Virus record (IMG/VR): IMGVR_UViG_3300044824_000068
Coordinates: 1-59,131 of that record
Reading direction: 5' to 3' (one strand)
From: a virus
Lineage: Duplodnaviria > Caudoviricetes
Length of the DNA stretch: 59,131 nt
Shown piece after piece: positions 38,162 through 48,463 of the stretch; position 1 is the stretch's first letter; every line of letters starts with the position of its first letter. The position numbers and the translations under genes were made by a program. The notes below the pieces were generated by a model that saw only the letters and a list, made by a program, of their open reading frames with translations, did no database searches and was not told where the DNA came from.

Positions 38162-38638
38162 ATGGCCGCACCATTATCACCTGAAGCATTAAACGCTTTA
38201 TCACTAGCATTTGGAACATCTGGCGCTGGGCAAGCCGCAGCATCGGCACTTGTTGCCAACGTCAATTCTTCTTTTAGAAACATTGCTCAGGCTACGCCTC
38301 CTGTCGCTGCCCCTGGAAGTAACGCTGGTTCCGGAGCCACAGTAGCTTACGTAAACGGAACAAACGCTACCGACAACGCTGGTCAGTTGGTTGTTACCAC
38401 TGGTTCAGGCGCCGCAGCTGGTCAGGTCGCTGCTGTGACATATATGGCACCACTTGCTGTTGCCCCAATTATCCACCTTATGCCATCTAATGCAGCTGCT
38501 GCTGCACCAGCTTATGGCACATACGTTATGCCAACCACTTCTGGTGGTATGTACACCGGTTTCACGATTAACACTGTAGGAACACCTGCTTCTTCCACTG
38601 TACACAACTGGAACTACATGGTTGTTCCTGGTCTTTAA
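38162..38638 (+). CDS. Putative virion structural protein
   Basis: Ala/Gly/Thr-rich; strong SD; in the head module. Confidence 0.6.
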   Translation: MAAPLSPEALNALSLAFGTSGAGQAAASALVANVNSSFRNIAQATPPVAAPGSNAGSGATVAYVNGTNATDNAGQLVVTTGSGAAAGQVAAVTYMAPLAVAPIIHLMPSNAAAAAPAYGTYVMPTTSGGMYTGFTINTVGTPASSTVHNWNYMVVPGL

Positions 38639-38743
38639 TAGCTACATAGGGTAGTAAGTAGGTATATACGAGGCATGTTTAGGTAACAGGTCGTGGTATA
38701 CTAAGTAAATCAAGTTTTAACTTTCGAGTTAAGGAGCACGAAA

Positions 38744-39196
38744 ATGGCAAATATCACTTCAATTATTAACAAGATTGCACGTAATGCGCAGGTTCTTGGC
38801 ATCACCGTTGTATCTGAACAATACGATGCATTTGGTAATGCGTCGGTTACGCTGCAAGCTGACTCTGCAAATATCACTGTCAGTTATGTTCTAGCAGAAA
38901 TTCAGTACCCAATGGGTGGTGTTAATCCTATGGTTTCTCCGTACCTCGGTATCGGAATTGCAAACCCTGGACAACTACTTCTTCAGTCTTCGATTTCGTC
39001 CGGCGGCAACATGAGCGACATCATCAACGGACAAATCTCCGCACAGATTCTCGCAATGTGCTCTGGTTTTGACAATGATCTTTATCTCGCTAACGCTGCA
39101 TTCACTCCATCGGGTGGCGGTCCAAACGGCCCTGGCGCCGGTGGTTACTTTGTCCGTCTACGTGGCGACAATGACTTAATTGGAATGGGTAACTAA
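38744..39196 (+). CDS. Putative virion structural protein
   Basis: AAGGAG SD; in the head module. Confidence 0.6.
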   Translation: MANITSIINKIARNAQVLGITVVSEQYDAFGNASVTLQADSANITVSYVLAEIQYPMGGVNPMVSPYLGIGIANPGQLLLQSSISSGGNMSDIINGQISAQILAMCSGFDNDLYLANAAFTPSGGGPNGPGAGGYFVRLRGDNDLIGMGN

Positions 39197-39226
39197 TCGG
39201 GTCTTGATGCTTAACGAGGAGTTAAC

Positions 39227-40120
39227 ATGAAAGAAGAACTAAGAAAGAGTCTTACAGACCTGATTGACGAGACGCTACTTGAGCTTGAAGAGCTTAAGAA
39301 GTCACGTTTCTCGGCAAGTGAGATCGAAGTTAAAGGGCCAGGCGAAGGAATCGCTGGCAAGCCATCGAATGGCGATCTTCATGCTAAGGCAGAAGATAAG
39401 GATGAAGACGACGAAGACGAAGAGGCTGAGAAGGCTGAAGGTCAAAACCGTCAATCAGATCCAGATGGTGGTCATCACAAGCCAGTAGCAGGCGAAGGCA
39501 TGAAGAACACCAACGGTCGTCACTCTGAGAGCCCAGGCGCAAGCGTTATGCATGGCCAAGGCAAGAACAGTGAATCTGATCCTGGAAACACACAGCACGA
39601 AAGTGAGTCTGTTTCTAAGAAGGATGAAGACGACGACAAGAAAAAGAAGGATAAGGACGCTAAGGGCGGCGAAGAGCATGAAGCTGAAGAAAAGAAAGCT
39701 ATCGGCAAGCTCGCAAACCTTGCTGGCATGAAGAAGGGCGAAAGTCCTGAACAGGTTAATTCCGAAGTCCAAAAACTTGTTATGCACGGTCTCAAGAAGT
39801 CTCAGGAAGAAACTGAGAGCTTGATGAAGAGTTTCGTTGAAGAGAGAGTAAGACCTCTTGAAGATAAGCTCTCAACAATTCTTGATCTCGTGAACAAGAT
39901 TGCAGATCAGCCTGTTCCAACTAAGGGCCTAACCGGTCGCGCCATCCCACTCTCTAAGAGCGGTAATGAGTTCGGCGGTGAAAGTCTTTCTAAGAGCGAA
40001 GTAGCTTCAAAGCTATTCGAACTTAAGAAGTCCGGAACTAAGGTTGACTCTCTGGATATTACCAGAGCTGAAATGGGACAAGATCTGAATAAGATCATTG
40101 AGAAATATAAGATTTCGTAA
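39227..40120 (+). CDS. Putative capsid scaffold protein
   Basis: Highly charged; many LxKS sites; directly upstream of the major capsid gene. Confidence 0.65.
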   Translation: MKEELRKSLTDLIDETLLELEELKKSRFSASEIEVKGPGEGIAGKPSNGDLHAKAEDKDEDDEDEEAEKAEGQNRQSDPDGGHHKPVAGEGMKNTNGRHSESPGASVMHGQGKNSESDPGNTQHESESVSKKDEDDDKKKKDKDAKGGEEHEAEEKKAIGKLANLAGMKKGESPEQVNSEVQKLVMHGLKKSQEETESLMKSFVEERVRPLEDKLSTILDLVNKIADQPVPTKGLTGRAIPLSKSGNEFGGESLSKSEVASKLFELKKSGTKVDSLDITRAEMGQDLNKIIEKYKIS

Positions 40121-40138
40121 TCAAAGGAGAGAACGAAG

Positions 40139-41584
40139 ATGAACGACGCAATTAATCAAGTTTTGCAAGGCCTAGATCAAGGTATCGTGTCAGCTGCTGA
40201 CATCGAGAACTTGAACAAGGCTATTACCGCCGGTTACGGCGGGGCTGGTAAGCCTACCGACCTCACCTATGGTGGCGTGTTACAGGCTGAATCTCTAGAG
40301 GCTACTCTCAAGTCGATTACTTTTGACATGAAGAACCTTAAGTTTTGGCCAGCCATTTCGGTTGACAAAGCCTACAACTTGTTCGAGCAATACAATCGCT
40401 TGATCAGTTACGGTTCTGACAGCGCACCTTACATCGGTGAAGGTGGAGCTCCTCAGGAAGAAGACAGCACGTACGTACGTGACGGTCAAAAGATCGTGTT
40501 CTTCGGTACTCGTCGTAGGGTTTCGCACCAGATGACGTTGGTACGTGTAACTGTTGGTGACATTGTCGCTCAACAGGCAAAAGAAGGCACGATGCATCTC
40601 CTCAAGAACGTAGAGCGCGAGCTTTACTGGGGCAATGCGCACTTCATGAACCAACAAACTGGTCTTGAATCCGGTTCCGACGCTGATATCCCAGTGAACA
40701 ACATCGCAATGTGCGGTCTGTTAAAGCAGCTCCAAAAGGGCGACACAGATGCTCAGATGCAAGCTGGTGACTTCCTCGGATACGGTGATTCTAGCTCGAT
40801 CGTTACTGATCTTGCTGGTCAAGTCATGGCTCAGGATGACATTGAACGTCTTGCAGTTATTGCCTTGGAAAACTTCGGTGCTCCGGATCAATTGCACATC
40901 GAACCAGCAGCCTTGTCTGCCTTCGTTAAGCAGTTCTATCCTCAGTTCCGTTCGGCTCCAGGTCTTGCTAACCAAACGGTTGGCTACGACGTCAGCAAGG
41001 TGCAAACCACTGCTGGCGCTGTTGACCTCAAGCCAAATCTCTTCCTACGTCCACGTAGCGGCGTTCGCGCCCTTGCGGTGAACGCGTTGGCCCCACAAGC
41101 AACCTTTACTGCAGTGCCTTCGGCAGTTGCAGTTACGACTTCTAGCTTCGCAGCTGGTGTCTATCAGGTTTCTGTGACGGCAGTGAACGACGCTGGTGAA
41201 TCTTCACCAATCAGCAGCTCAGTGACGCTTGCAGCAGGTAACAACCTCTCGCTCGCTATCGCTTCGGCACCAGCTGGCGTTAAGTACTGGAAGCTATATA
41301 TCTCTGCTCCAGGCGGCGCTGCAGGAACTCAGAAGTTCGCAGGCAACTGGGCTAACCAAGGATCTACCAACTATGTCAGCTCCAACGTTCAGCTCCCTGG
41401 TCTCGGAGAAGCATTCTTGCTCGACATGAGTGCTGAGTGTATGCGCTTCAAGCAACTTGCTCCTTTGAGCAAGATCAACTTCGCGATCGTAACGACCGCG
41501 TTGGAGTTTGCGATTGTTATGTACGGAGCCCTCTTCGTATACACCCCTCGCTTCAACTGCTTGTTCCGTAACATAGGCAAATAA
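40139..41584 (+). CDS. Major capsid protein
   Basis: KAITAGYG...LQAESLEATLKSIT, EQYN, EGGAPQEEDSTYVR: SPO1/K-like capsid N-terminus, plus an Ig/FN3-like insertion. Confidence 0.88.
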   Translation: MNDAINQVLQGLDQGIVSAADIENLNKAITAGYGGAGKPTDLTYGGVLQAESLEATLKSITFDMKNLKFWPAISVDKAYNLFEQYNRLISYGSDSAPYIGEGGAPQEEDSTYVRDGQKIVFFGTRRRVSHQMTLVRVTVGDIVAQQAKEGTMHLLKNVERELYWGNAHFMNQQTGLESGSDADIPVNNIAMCGLLKQLQKGDTDAQMQAGDFLGYGDSSSIVTDLAGQVMAQDDIERLAVIALENFGAPDQLHIEPAALSAFVKQFYPQFRSAPGLANQTVGYDVSKVQTTAGAVDLKPNLFLRPRSGVRALAVNALAPQATFTAVPSAVAVTTSSFAAGVYQVSVTAVNDAGESSPISSSVTLAAGNNLSLAIASAPAGVKYWKLYISAPGGAAGTQKFAGNWANQGSTNYVSSNVQLPGLGEAFLLDMSAECMRFKQLAPLSKINFAIVTTALEFAIVMYGALFVYTPRFNCLFRNIGK

Positions 41585-41613
41585 GTAAAGCGCAATAAAA
41601 GCGCGAAAGATAC

Positions 41614-41648
41614 AGGGCTGGCACGAAAGTGCTGGCCCTTTTCTTTTT
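41614..41648 (+). terminator. Rho-independent terminator
   Basis: AGGGCTGGCAC-GAAA-GTGCTGGCCCT followed by a T run. Confidence 0.8.
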
Positions 41649-41664
41649 AAGGTATAATAACTAC

Positions 41665-42150
41665 ATGACTAACGAAGATATTCTTGAGAAGCAGGTAGAG
41701 GCACTAGAAAAACTACTTCAACTTCGCTCTGCGATAATCGAGGAGTTAGAAGCTAAACTTTCTAAACTAGAGAATGATATTGCAAGGGCTAACACTCTTC
41801 CTTATGTTCCCGGTGTTTCTATTCCTTGGGTTGGACCTCCACAATGGATGCCACAACAGCCATTTATTGGTGGAGCTGGTGGCAGTTCGATAACCATCTC
41901 AAGTACATGCCCTGACGGATCCTCTCATCAGTTTCCGCAGTATGGTCTCTCGGCTGGCTCCCAGTGCTGTTCCAAATGCGGACAATATAACCTAAGTGGT
42001 AACGGCACTGTAACTGTAGGTGGATCTGGGATGACATCCATCCAGAACTTGCAACCCGGTGGCGCTGGTAACATCCAAACTACCGGCTATATGCAACCTG
42101 TCGACCCAATGACCGGTAACGTCTACACTCTAACAAACGTTGTTAAATAG
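41665..42150 (+). CDS. Hypothetical protein (coiled coil plus low complexity plus Cys cluster)
   Basis: ATG 6 nt after TATAAT. Confidence 0.6.
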   Translation: MTNEDILEKQVEALEKLLQLRSAIIEELEAKLSKLENDIARANTLPYVPGVSIPWVGPPQWMPQQPFIGGAGGSSITISSTCPDGSSHQFPQYGLSAGSQCCSKCGQYNLSGNGTVTVGGSGMTSIQNLQPGGAGNIQTTGYMQPVDPMTGNVYTLTNVVK

Positions 42151-42170
42151 GCATTCCGTATAATTGCTCC

Positions 42171-42827
42171 ATGAAAAGAGCAAAGTATATTTGTCTTGAA
42201 GGCACCGAGGGTGTTGGCAAGACAACCCAAACTCAAAAACTCGTAGACCATCTCAGGGCCAAAGGCTATAAGGTTTTACAGACTAAAGAACCAGGCACCT
42301 CCCATGCCCCTCTAACGCTTCAGCTGAGAGGCATCATGCTTGACAAGCAATACGACGAGCAGCTAACGGCTCCAGCTAGGGAGTTGATTAGTCAAGCTAT
42401 CAGGTCAATTCACTTGGAGAAGGTGGTTGCTCCCGGACTAACGGAATATGACTATGTCGTCCAAGATAGAGGAATCCTGTCGGGTTTCTCATACGGTCAT
42501 GCCTGTGGCAATCCCATGGAAGATCTAGTTGCATTAAGCACTTACGTAACCGATCCTGTTATCGGTCAGTTTATCGATGGCTTATATGACAGTATAATAT
42601 ATCTTAAGGGAGATACTTCTGCTGGCCTTAAGAAAGCACTTCAATCGAAGCAAGAATTTGCAGCAGGAGATGCAATGGAGGCAAGAGGTAACTCATTCCT
42701 TCAAAAAGTCTCGTCCAACATGGATGAGTTATCTAAATCCTTTAACACAAGTGTCATCTCAGTGGACGGCAAAAACATCGAAGAGGTGTTCAGTGAAATT
42801 CTGCGCGCTCTTGACATCGGAGAATAA
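42171..42827 (+). CDS. tmk: Thymidylate kinase
   Basis: LEGTEGVGKTTQ, TKEPG, VVQDR. Confidence 0.88.
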   Translation: MKRAKYICLEGTEGVGKTTQTQKLVDHLRAKGYKVLQTKEPGTSHAPLTLQLRGIMLDKQYDEQLTAPARELISQAIRSIHLEKVVAPGLTEYDYVVQDRGILSGFSYGHACGNPMEDLVALSTYVTDPVIGQFIDGLYDSIIYLKGDTSAGLKKALQSKQEFAAGDAMEARGNSFLQKVSSNMDELSKSFNTSVISVDGKNIEEVFSEILRALDIGE

Positions 42828-42830
42828 GTA

Positions 42831-43646
42831 ATGGCATCAAATAAAATCATCAAGCCAAAGGGCCCAAAGGTTCTCATATTCGACATAGAGACGGCACCGA
42901 TCATCGGGCACGTGTGGAGTCTGTGGGAAAATAACCTTGGCTTAAATCAAGTCGTATCCGACTGGCATTGCTTAAGCTGGAGCGCAAAATGGCTAGGCGA
43001 TGCTCCTAACAAGGTAATGTACGATGACCAGCGCAACGAGAAGAATATCCAAGACGACAAGCGACTATTAAAGGGGATCTGGGATCTTCTGGATCAAGCT
43101 GATGTTGTTATCACGCAGAATGGTGTTCACTTCGATAAGAAGAAGTTGAATGCAAGATTCATCATGAATGGGTTTCAGCGCCCCAGTACCTATAAGCACA
43201 TCGATACGAAGCTCATCGCTGGCAAGCATTTCGGCTTTACCTCTAACAAACTGGAGTACATGACCGATAAGCTTTGCGTCAAATACAAGAAGCTTAAGCA
43301 TACTAAGTTTCCTGGACACGAGATGTGGACTGAATGCTTGAAGGGCAATCTTGACGCGTGGAAAGAGATGGAAAAGTACAACAAGTACGATGTTCTGGCT
43401 CTAGAGGAGCTTTACCAGAAGCTCATCCCGTGGGATAGCACGATCAATTTCAACCTATACCACGACGACGAAGAGCACATCTGTAAGTGCGGTGGTAAGA
43501 ACCATATGAAGAATGGTTTCTACTACACGAACGTTGGAAAATTCCAGAAGTATAGATGTAAGGGGTGCGGTGCAGAAACAAGAGACCGATTCAATCTTTT
43601 CACTAAGGAAAAGAAAGATTCGTTAAGACAAGGGACAGTAGGCTAA
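42831..43646 (+). CDS. DEDD/RNase H-like 3'-5' exonuclease with C-terminal Zn ribbon
   Basis: FDIET, NGVHFD, HIDT, YNKYDV, CKCG..CKGC. Confidence 0.85.
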   Translation: MASNKIIKPKGPKVLIFDIETAPIIGHVWSLWENNLGLNQVVSDWHCLSWSAKWLGDAPNKVMYDDQRNEKNIQDDKRLLKGIWDLLDQADVVITQNGVHFDKKKLNARFIMNGFQRPSTYKHIDTKLIAGKHFGFTSNKLEYMTDKLCVKYKKLKHTKFPGHEMWTECLKGNLDAWKEMEKYNKYDVLALEELYQKLIPWDSTINFNLYHDDEEHICKCGGKNHMKNGFYYTNVGKFQKYRCKGCGAETRDRFNLFTKEKKDSLRQGTVG

Positions 43647-43647
43647 T

Positions 43648-44208
43648 ATGCAGTTCAAAGAGATCGAGTATAAGTACGACGGGGCATCTATGGAGATGCA
43701 GAAGTTCACCGATCTCATGGAGACATTCCCCATCAAGAAGAAGATGATGGTTAGCTCATACGACGACTACTTCGTCGATGCCGCAGGTAACTTCATAAGG
43801 TACCGATATACAGATGGTCGCGGTGAGCTAACGATAAAGAGGAAGCTTAGCGAGAAAAACAACAACGAACGTATTGAGGTCAATGTCCCCACGGCTGGGG
43901 ACAACCTCAAGACCGTTACCGCTTTCGTTGATCTCCTAGGATATAAGCATAATTTTGGAATCTACAAGACGTGCAAGATATACTGGATCGACAAGGTCGT
44001 TATGGTGTACTACGTGGTATACGATAAGGATCTCAAGGAAATGAGGCGTTTCGTAGAGATCGAAGCGGACGAGGACCTTCAGTGGGACACAGAAGAACAG
44101 GCCTGGGAGGAGATCGCTAAGTATGAGAAACTTCTTGAGCCGCTGGGCATCACGCCTAAAAATCGACTTAAAAAGTCCCTTTTCGAGATTTTCAGAAAAA
44201 CAGCCTAG
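43648..44208 (+). CDS. CYTH-domain protein (class IV adenylate cyclase/triphosphatase family)
   Basis: EIEYKY (ExExK), DDYF, IRYR, LTIK, RIEV, FVEIE. Confidence 0.8.
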   Translation: MQFKEIEYKYDGASMEMQKFTDLMETFPIKKKMMVSSYDDYFVDAAGNFIRYRYTDGRGELTIKRKLSEKNNNERIEVNVPTAGDNLKTVTAFVDLLGYKHNFGIYKTCKIYWIDKVVMVYYVVYDKDLKEMRRFVEIEADEDLQWDTEEQAWEEIAKYEKLLEPLGITPKNRLKKSLFEIFRKTA

Positions 44209-44412
44209 ACTGACATCAGGCGTTTACGAGGACCTCATTTATCTCCTTTCAAGGTTAGAAATAAGGTCAGCTGCAAGTACAACCCCGTATCGCATAGCCT
44301 GGGCCACTGCTAGAAGAATGATAGAAAGAGCTCCCAAGCACCCGAAGTATACAAAGTCGGGTTTTTAGGTTAAACTCACGGTATAATAGTCCTATAACTT
44401 TTAGGAGATACC

Positions 44413-44781
44413 GTGAAATCAGCAAATACAGTTTCTGAAAACCTCAGACAAGCCGAGACAGGTCTAGCATGGGTAGAGTTGCTATCTGGCGCGATGGGTA
44501 CATTAAAACTCAAGCAGTCCCAGACGTTCAGAGTTAGAGCTACAGGCGCTACCACAGTCACGATTGATGGGCTGCTTGCCATGACGATGAGTGCAGGCGA
44601 GATTGCCATCTTTAATACTGGCCAAGGTAGTCCAGACGACACCAGTCCTTACATCACTGTTGTTATCGGTGGTGCTGCCGCATTCGTTCAGCTTGGTGCT
44701 GATGAGCTCCGTCAGAGACTCACTGTAAATTCATATAATAATCCTGCTCAATTACCAATTGAGAACCCTGAACAGCCTTAA
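44413..44781 (+). CDS. Putative virion structural protein
   Basis: AGGAG SD plus GTG start; beta-rich. Confidence 0.55.
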   Translation: MKSANTVSENLRQAETGLAWVELLSGAMGTLKLKQSQTFRVRATGATTVTIDGLLAMTMSAGEIAIFNTGQGSPDDTSPYITVVIGGAAAFVQLGADELRQRLTVNSYNNPAQLPIENPEQP

Positions 44782-44793
44782 TAGGAGCTTCTT

Positions 44794-45957
44794 GTGGAAC
44801 TCAAAAGTTTCAGGGAGGTCCTCCTTAAAAAGGCGGATGGTAATCCCTACTTACAGACATTGATCAAGTATGCTAAGGATGAACTCATCGCTGAGGAAGT
44901 TCTTGAAGCTCTACTAAAGATGGCAGAGCCTTCTGCTGCTATGGGTCGCGGTGCTAACCACGCCGTTACCTCGTACGCTGCAGGCATGAAACCTGTACAC
45001 GTAGAACAACTTCGAGACGCTCTCGGTCACCACATCTCTCATTACAAAGGTGCACTGAAGGCACATCATGAAGCAGAACCTGGTCCTCAAAAAGAAAAGA
45101 TGCGCAACGTTGCAGATAAGCATCTCAACCAGATCATACCATTGATGCACCTCGCAGGTAAGGCAAGCAAGCATTCAGGTGGAAATCTAACTATCGACTA
45201 TCCTAGTACCACACCTTGGGAAACAAACTATACATCTACCGAAAGACTTCCAAACGGCAAGCTCAAGGAAGGCACAAAGGACCTTGGTCGCAGGATCTCT
45301 CCCAATGCAAACCGCGCCAAGAACCCAAGAGCTGTACCGAATTACAGGTACCTTGAGATGCCGCCACACCCAGGTCACGCCGCTACAGAGAAGTCGCCTC
45401 ACAAAGGTGGATATCCATTCGAGGAGATCCAACTTGGAACTCCTATGAAGCGCGATGCCGGCCAAGCATATCTCCCTGTAGAAAACGTAAAGGGCATCAA
45501 GGATTATGTGCCTCACCCGTTCGATGCGCATCCAGTACATCGTCACGCCGATACTCCTCAGCATGAGCTCGGACCTGAGCATCACGAGATGATTAATTCT
45601 GGTCTTGCCAGCTGGGCAGATAGTGAACCTCACAAACAGTGGCTTGCAGATCAGAAGGCGAAGCACGCTGCTGATCCGGAAGCTTACAAGGCTAGAGGCG
45701 CTAAGAAGCCCAAGCATGTGTACGACGGTATTCCACTTCAAGAGATGGAGCATCATAAGAATGCTCCAGTACAAGCGTCTGCGCCCGCAGAAGCCGAATC
45801 GAAAATTGCCGCTCAATCGCCTAACAAAGAACCTAAAAAGTCGGCCAAGGAAGCTGACCTTGATCAGAGAAGAAAAGTTTGGAGCACCTTAGATAAAGAA
45901 GCCAAGAAGCATTTCAAAGAAGGAAAGATGTTTCCTGAAGATGAATTTAAGGTGTAA
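44794..45957 (+). CDS. His/Pro-rich putative capsid-internal protein
   Basis: 387 aa; LLKKA and LLKMA motifs. Confidence 0.6.
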   Translation: MELKSFREVLLKKADGNPYLQTLIKYAKDELIAEEVLEALLKMAEPSAAMGRGANHAVTSYAAGMKPVHVEQLRDALGHHISHYKGALKAHHEAEPGPQKEKMRNVADKHLNQIIPLMHLAGKASKHSGGNLTIDYPSTTPWETNYTSTERLPNGKLKEGTKDLGRRISPNANRAKNPRAVPNYRYLEMPPHPGHAATEKSPHKGGYPFEEIQLGTPMKRDAGQAYLPVENVKGIKDYVPHPFDAHPVHRHADTPQHELGPEHHEMINSGLASWADSEPHKQWLADQKAKHAADPEAYKARGAKKPKHVYDGIPLQEMEHHKNAPVQASAPAEAESKIAAQSPNKEPKKSAKEADLDQRRKVWSTLDKEAKKHFKEGKMFPEDEFKV

Positions 45958-47525
45958 TGAAAATGTCAGCACTTATAAAGACACCAAAATCTGAAGATCT
46001 TGAAAGCTTAGAAGCCATACTGCTTAAGGCACGTAGGCGTCTATCTGACGAGGTCGAAGATCCAGACGAGCAAGAACAATCGCTGGAAGATCAAGGCATG
46101 CACGAGTTGGACCCTGATGAGCAGGACAACGCCGACAAGTGGTTGCAAGAAAACGATCCTGAGAAAAAGGATGAGGACGATGACGATGAACCTAAAGAAT
46201 ATGATGAGTTCCGCCCAGGCGAAGATGAAGATGCTTATAGACAAAGCATCGGGCTCGATGAAAGCCCTGATGCAGAACCTCAAGATGAAGGTAGTGAGCC
46301 TGTTGCAGAAGATGAAACTTCTGGAGCAGAAGGAGGAGCAAGTGATCAAGGAGAAGGTAGTCCAGATCAAGTCGAAGATGAAGAGGAAGAGCCCGCCGAA
46401 GAAGTAAAGCCAGAGGGTCGTTTCCCTCAGCCTTCCAAGGAAGAAATTGCTGAGATGCGTCAGCATACTCGTCCGTGGGAGCAGAACGCCAGAGAGAAGA
46501 CTCGTCTTGAAGCTGAAGCTCACAAGAATCCAGTGCTGCATCATCAAGGAAAGATGATCGAAGCTAGGAATGCTGCACACAACCCTCATCAAGAAGCTTA
46601 CGCTAAGTTTCAAGCTTCGCCAGACTATCAGAATGCAGATCCTGTCACACAGATGGAGATGGATAGCAAGTTTGAATCCGACTTCCATAAGGAGAACCCA
46701 GAGTATCTAGCTAATGCGGCCAAGCTTCATGGACAAGCTCACGTTGAAGGTTTGCAAGGCATGGGTGAAGGTTTCGGTCATAAAAAGGACAGCATCCAAC
46801 ATATCAGGCAAGGTGGCGCAAGCCCTGAGACTCCTATGTCTGTTGAAGAGGGTATGCAGCACGCTGGCGGTGCTAAAGGTGAAGAGGGCACTACCGGTTC
46901 CATGGTGCAAGACCCTGCTTCGGCTTTTGCCCAGCATCACAGGAAGTTCCTGGAAGAGATGGGAGCAAAGCATGAAGATAAGGCTAGTGCCAAGCAGCAG
47001 AAGTATAGCGATATGGCGCAGGACTACGCTAAAAAACTCGGTAGCCAAAGCGGTGTCGATCTTAAGTCTATGGTGAGCAAGCATCCACCGGATGTAGCTG
47101 ACAGATTGAAGAGGATAGATAGCTTTAAGAATGCTAACACATCGAAGCAGCAACAAAAGCCTCAGGCTAAATCTAAGGTTGATAGTTTTTTTGAGCAGTA
47201 CCATCCGCTCATCGGCATGCATGCTCATAAGGTGCTCAACAAGTTAGGATTAGATAAGAAGAACGTGGATCTTGGTGTACTACATGAAGCTGGCATGCAC
47301 GGTTTGATGCAGGCCATAAATGACTACGATCACGAGAATCCAGGTAAGGCTAGCTTTGCTACCCATGCCGGTAATAAGATAAGTGGACTTATGCAGACGG
47401 CCATGAGGGATCAGATGCAGACGCCACAGCAGCTCACCTCTGAAGCTAATAAGTTTCAGCATAAGCAGCAAGCTTCGGTGCCGAAGGTAACTATGCCTAA
47501 GCCTGAAGGAGGAACGAATGAGTAA
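45957..47525 (+). CDS. Acidic putative head-internal protein with C-terminal sigma-70 region-2 domain
   Basis: FFEQYHPLIGMHAHK...DLGVLHEAGMHGLMQAINDYD...ASFATHAGNKISGLMQTAMR. Confidence 0.7.
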   Translation: MKMSALIKTPKSEDLESLEAILLKARRRLSDEVEDPDEQEQSLEDQGMHELDPDEQDNADKWLQENDPEKKDEDDDDEPKEYDEFRPGEDEDAYRQSIGLDESPDAEPQDEGSEPVAEDETSGAEGGASDQGEGSPDQVEDEEEEPAEEVKPEGRFPQPSKEEIAEMRQHTRPWEQNAREKTRLEAEAHKNPVLHHQGKMIEARNAAHNPHQEAYAKFQASPDYQNADPVTQMEMDSKFESDFHKENPEYLANAAKLHGQAHVEGLQGMGEGFGHKKDSIQHIRQGGASPETPMSVEEGMQHAGGAKGEEGTTGSMVQDPASAFAQHHRKFLEEMGAKHEDKASAKQQKYSDMAQDYAKKLGSQSGVDLKSMVSKHPPDVADRLKRIDSFKNANTSKQQQKPQAKSKVDSFFEQYHPLIGMHAHKVLNKLGLDKKNVDLGVLHEAGMHGLMQAINDYDHENPGKASFATHAGNKISGLMQTAMRDQMQTPQQLTSEANKFQHKQQASVPKVTMPKPEGGTNE

Positions 47526-48462
47526 CGGAAACGACGATTTTAACCCACCATACGGTCAGACATCAGATGGCCTATACGAAGATTTAGTTGGCGACTTCGA
47601 AGGTACGTCCGGCAATATCATGGGCACTGGCATTGTCAGAACTCCCACCATTCAACCGTTCCCTGCTTGGTCAACGCACCAAGAGATGGATCGCTACCTT
47701 CCTCTTCCTAACCCAGAAACCATGAAGAGAGGTCCTCTCTTTGGTCTCCCGCTGAGATCGTTCTTGACACAGCAAGAAGTCGATGACCGCACCATTGAGG
47801 CATACATCTCACAGGCTATCTCCGAGATAGAACATACCTTGAATCTGTTCATCACTCCTGTCACGTTCGAGGAGAGACACGATTACAGCAGAGAGATGCA
47901 GTTCTACGCCTTCGGCATTATCAAGCTTTATAACTCACCTATCCTAAACGTAGAGGAGTACGAACTCACGTTCAATAACGGAATTGGAATCCCTGGGTCC
48001 CTGCCGTTGGTAAAGATTCCACTTGAGTTCATCCACGTTCAACCTCAAGATGGTACGATTCAACTTGTTCCAGCTCAAGGTGTAACTATCTCTGGCTTTA
48101 TTGTCAGCATCTATTCTGGCCTAGGCTATCACGCGTTTAACTCACAAGCTATATCCTACTGGCCAGGAGCTGTATTCGTGAAGTATAGAGCTGGCTTTGA
48201 GAAGCATAAGGTTCCAGCTTTGTTAGTAGCCTTGATAGAGAACTTAGCAGCATATAAGTTTTTATCTGCGCTAGGTCCAGTATTGTTTCCGTATAACTCC
48301 ACCAGCGTGGGTATCGACGGTACTAGCCAAAGCGTTAGCACCCCAGGGCCTCTGTTCTTGCAGAACAGATTGAAGGACCTGCAAAACATGATTCAAACTG
48401 AGATGGAAGCTGCAAAGGGCTACTACCAGAAGAGATTCTTAGTAGACGCGTTAGGATATTAA
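47518..48462 (+). CDS. Putative head-tail adaptor / neck protein
   Basis: ISQAISEIEHTL, VKYRAGF, SVGIDGTSQSVST patterns; located after the head genes. Confidence 0.6.
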   Translation: MSNGNDDFNPPYGQTSDGLYEDLVGDFEGTSGNIMGTGIVRTPTIQPFPAWSTHQEMDRYLPLPNPETMKRGPLFGLPLRSFLTQQEVDDRTIEAYISQAISEIEHTLNLFITPVTFEERHDYSREMQFYAFGIIKLYNSPILNVEEYELTFNNGIGIPGSLPLVKIPLEFIHVQPQDGTIQLVPAQGVTISGFIVSIYSGLGYHAFNSQAISYWPGAVFVKYRAGFEKHKVPALLVALIENLAAYKFLSALGPVLFPYNSTSVGIDGTSQSVSTPGPLFLQNRLKDLQNMIQTEMEAAKGYYQKRFLVDALGY

Positions 48463-48463
48463 G

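Noticed and set aside
44123-44368. 81-aa ORF overlapping the CYTH gene end
   Set aside because: There is no convincing start or SD. The 3' part may be a real microprotein but cannot be supported.
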